From positions 3,539,895-3,603,894 of the forward strand of contig MU058844.1 in assembly GCA_013265495.1 (NCBI GenBank): a stretch of DNA of 64,000 nt, read 5' to 3'. The stretch is from Vicugna vicugna. Lineage: Eukaryota. The notes under the pieces are model-generated. The model saw only the letters and a list, made by a program, of their open reading frames with translations. It had not been told where the DNA came from and did no database searches. The position numbers were made by a program, and so were the translations under genes. The stretch's first letter is position 1. Every line of letters begins with the position of its first letter. Shown here piece by piece: positions 63,312 to 64,000 of this stretch.

Positions 63312-63689
63312 TAGCCATTAAGATCAAGTACTAAACTGAACTTATAAACAGGCTTTCAAGCCACAGATCATGGTTTTAAACCAATATTTTAGAATGAAGT
63401 ATCTTTTTCAAAGTTATATACCAATAATAAATACAAATTATTTAAAAATATTCTATATTCCAACTTGACCTCATCCTTTAGAAACTTTTGGGTTAGGTTT
63501 ATGTTCTATGATACAGTAGTTTTCTACCACTAATTCAATAATTAAACAAAGGCTGTGAAGTACCTGTCATATGCAGGTCCTCTGTTCAAGGCACTTGAGA
63601 CATATCAGAGAGAAAACCAGACCCTTGGCTTTGTGGAGCTTACGCTCTAGTGGGCAAGAGATGACATTAAGTCAAGAGCATCATCATTA

Positions 63690-64000
63690 AGACTGAGGGA
63701 CTTATCTCCAGCTACTGGGAGTGCTGCCAGCTGTCAGCCGTCTTTGGGAATTGCCCTTGGCTGAAGAAAGCTGTCTCACCCAAGGTCATGGACTCTTCCC
63801 AATGCAGCCTGCATTTACAGAGGTAAAAATGCCCAGATGGCGAGACCAAAGGTCACTCCAGCTCGAGGGCTCCCTGCGGGGTTGGCTGAGGACTTTGTTC
63901 AGACTGAATCACAGCCCAACCTCTCCCTCTGCCCAGACTTGCTGCTTTCACTTCCCCCACGGTCTAGAGTCTAGTTTCCTGAGGAATCCAACGTGAAACA
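63690..64000 (+). mobile_element. ERVL LTR (LTR16C-like), running off the window end
   Basis: ccagctactgggagtgctgcc...gggaattgcccttggctgaagaaagctgtctcacccaaggtcatg...cacagcccaacctctccctctgcccag. Confidence 0.75.

Overview
Mammalian intergenic DNA, most likely camelid (three tRNA-derived SINEs and the young L1 resemble camelid families, recognised from memory). Bases 1-~1185 look like the end of a long + strand 3' UTR with a canonical poly(A) site; it resembles my recollection of CREB5, which I cannot verify here. I find no host protein-coding exon in the remaining ~63 kb, which is a mosaic of transposon fossils (L1, L2, CR1/L3, MIR, LTRs, DNA transposons) and a few repeat-free, CpG-retaining islands that may be enhancers. 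The only real coding sequence is a young L1 (19742-23954) whose ORF2 is stop-free but split by a twin-priming 5' inversion. It has an 18-bp TSD and an apparently truncated 3' UTR, and sits inside a MER45-like hAT element. Other unusual retrotransposition products are a tailless internal L1 fragment with a perfect 16-bp TSD (28370-28751) and a 66-bp L1 stub with a possible 14-nt 3' transduction (34197-34262). I found no convincing new biological system. Repeat family names and most repeat boundaries are by eye and approximate.
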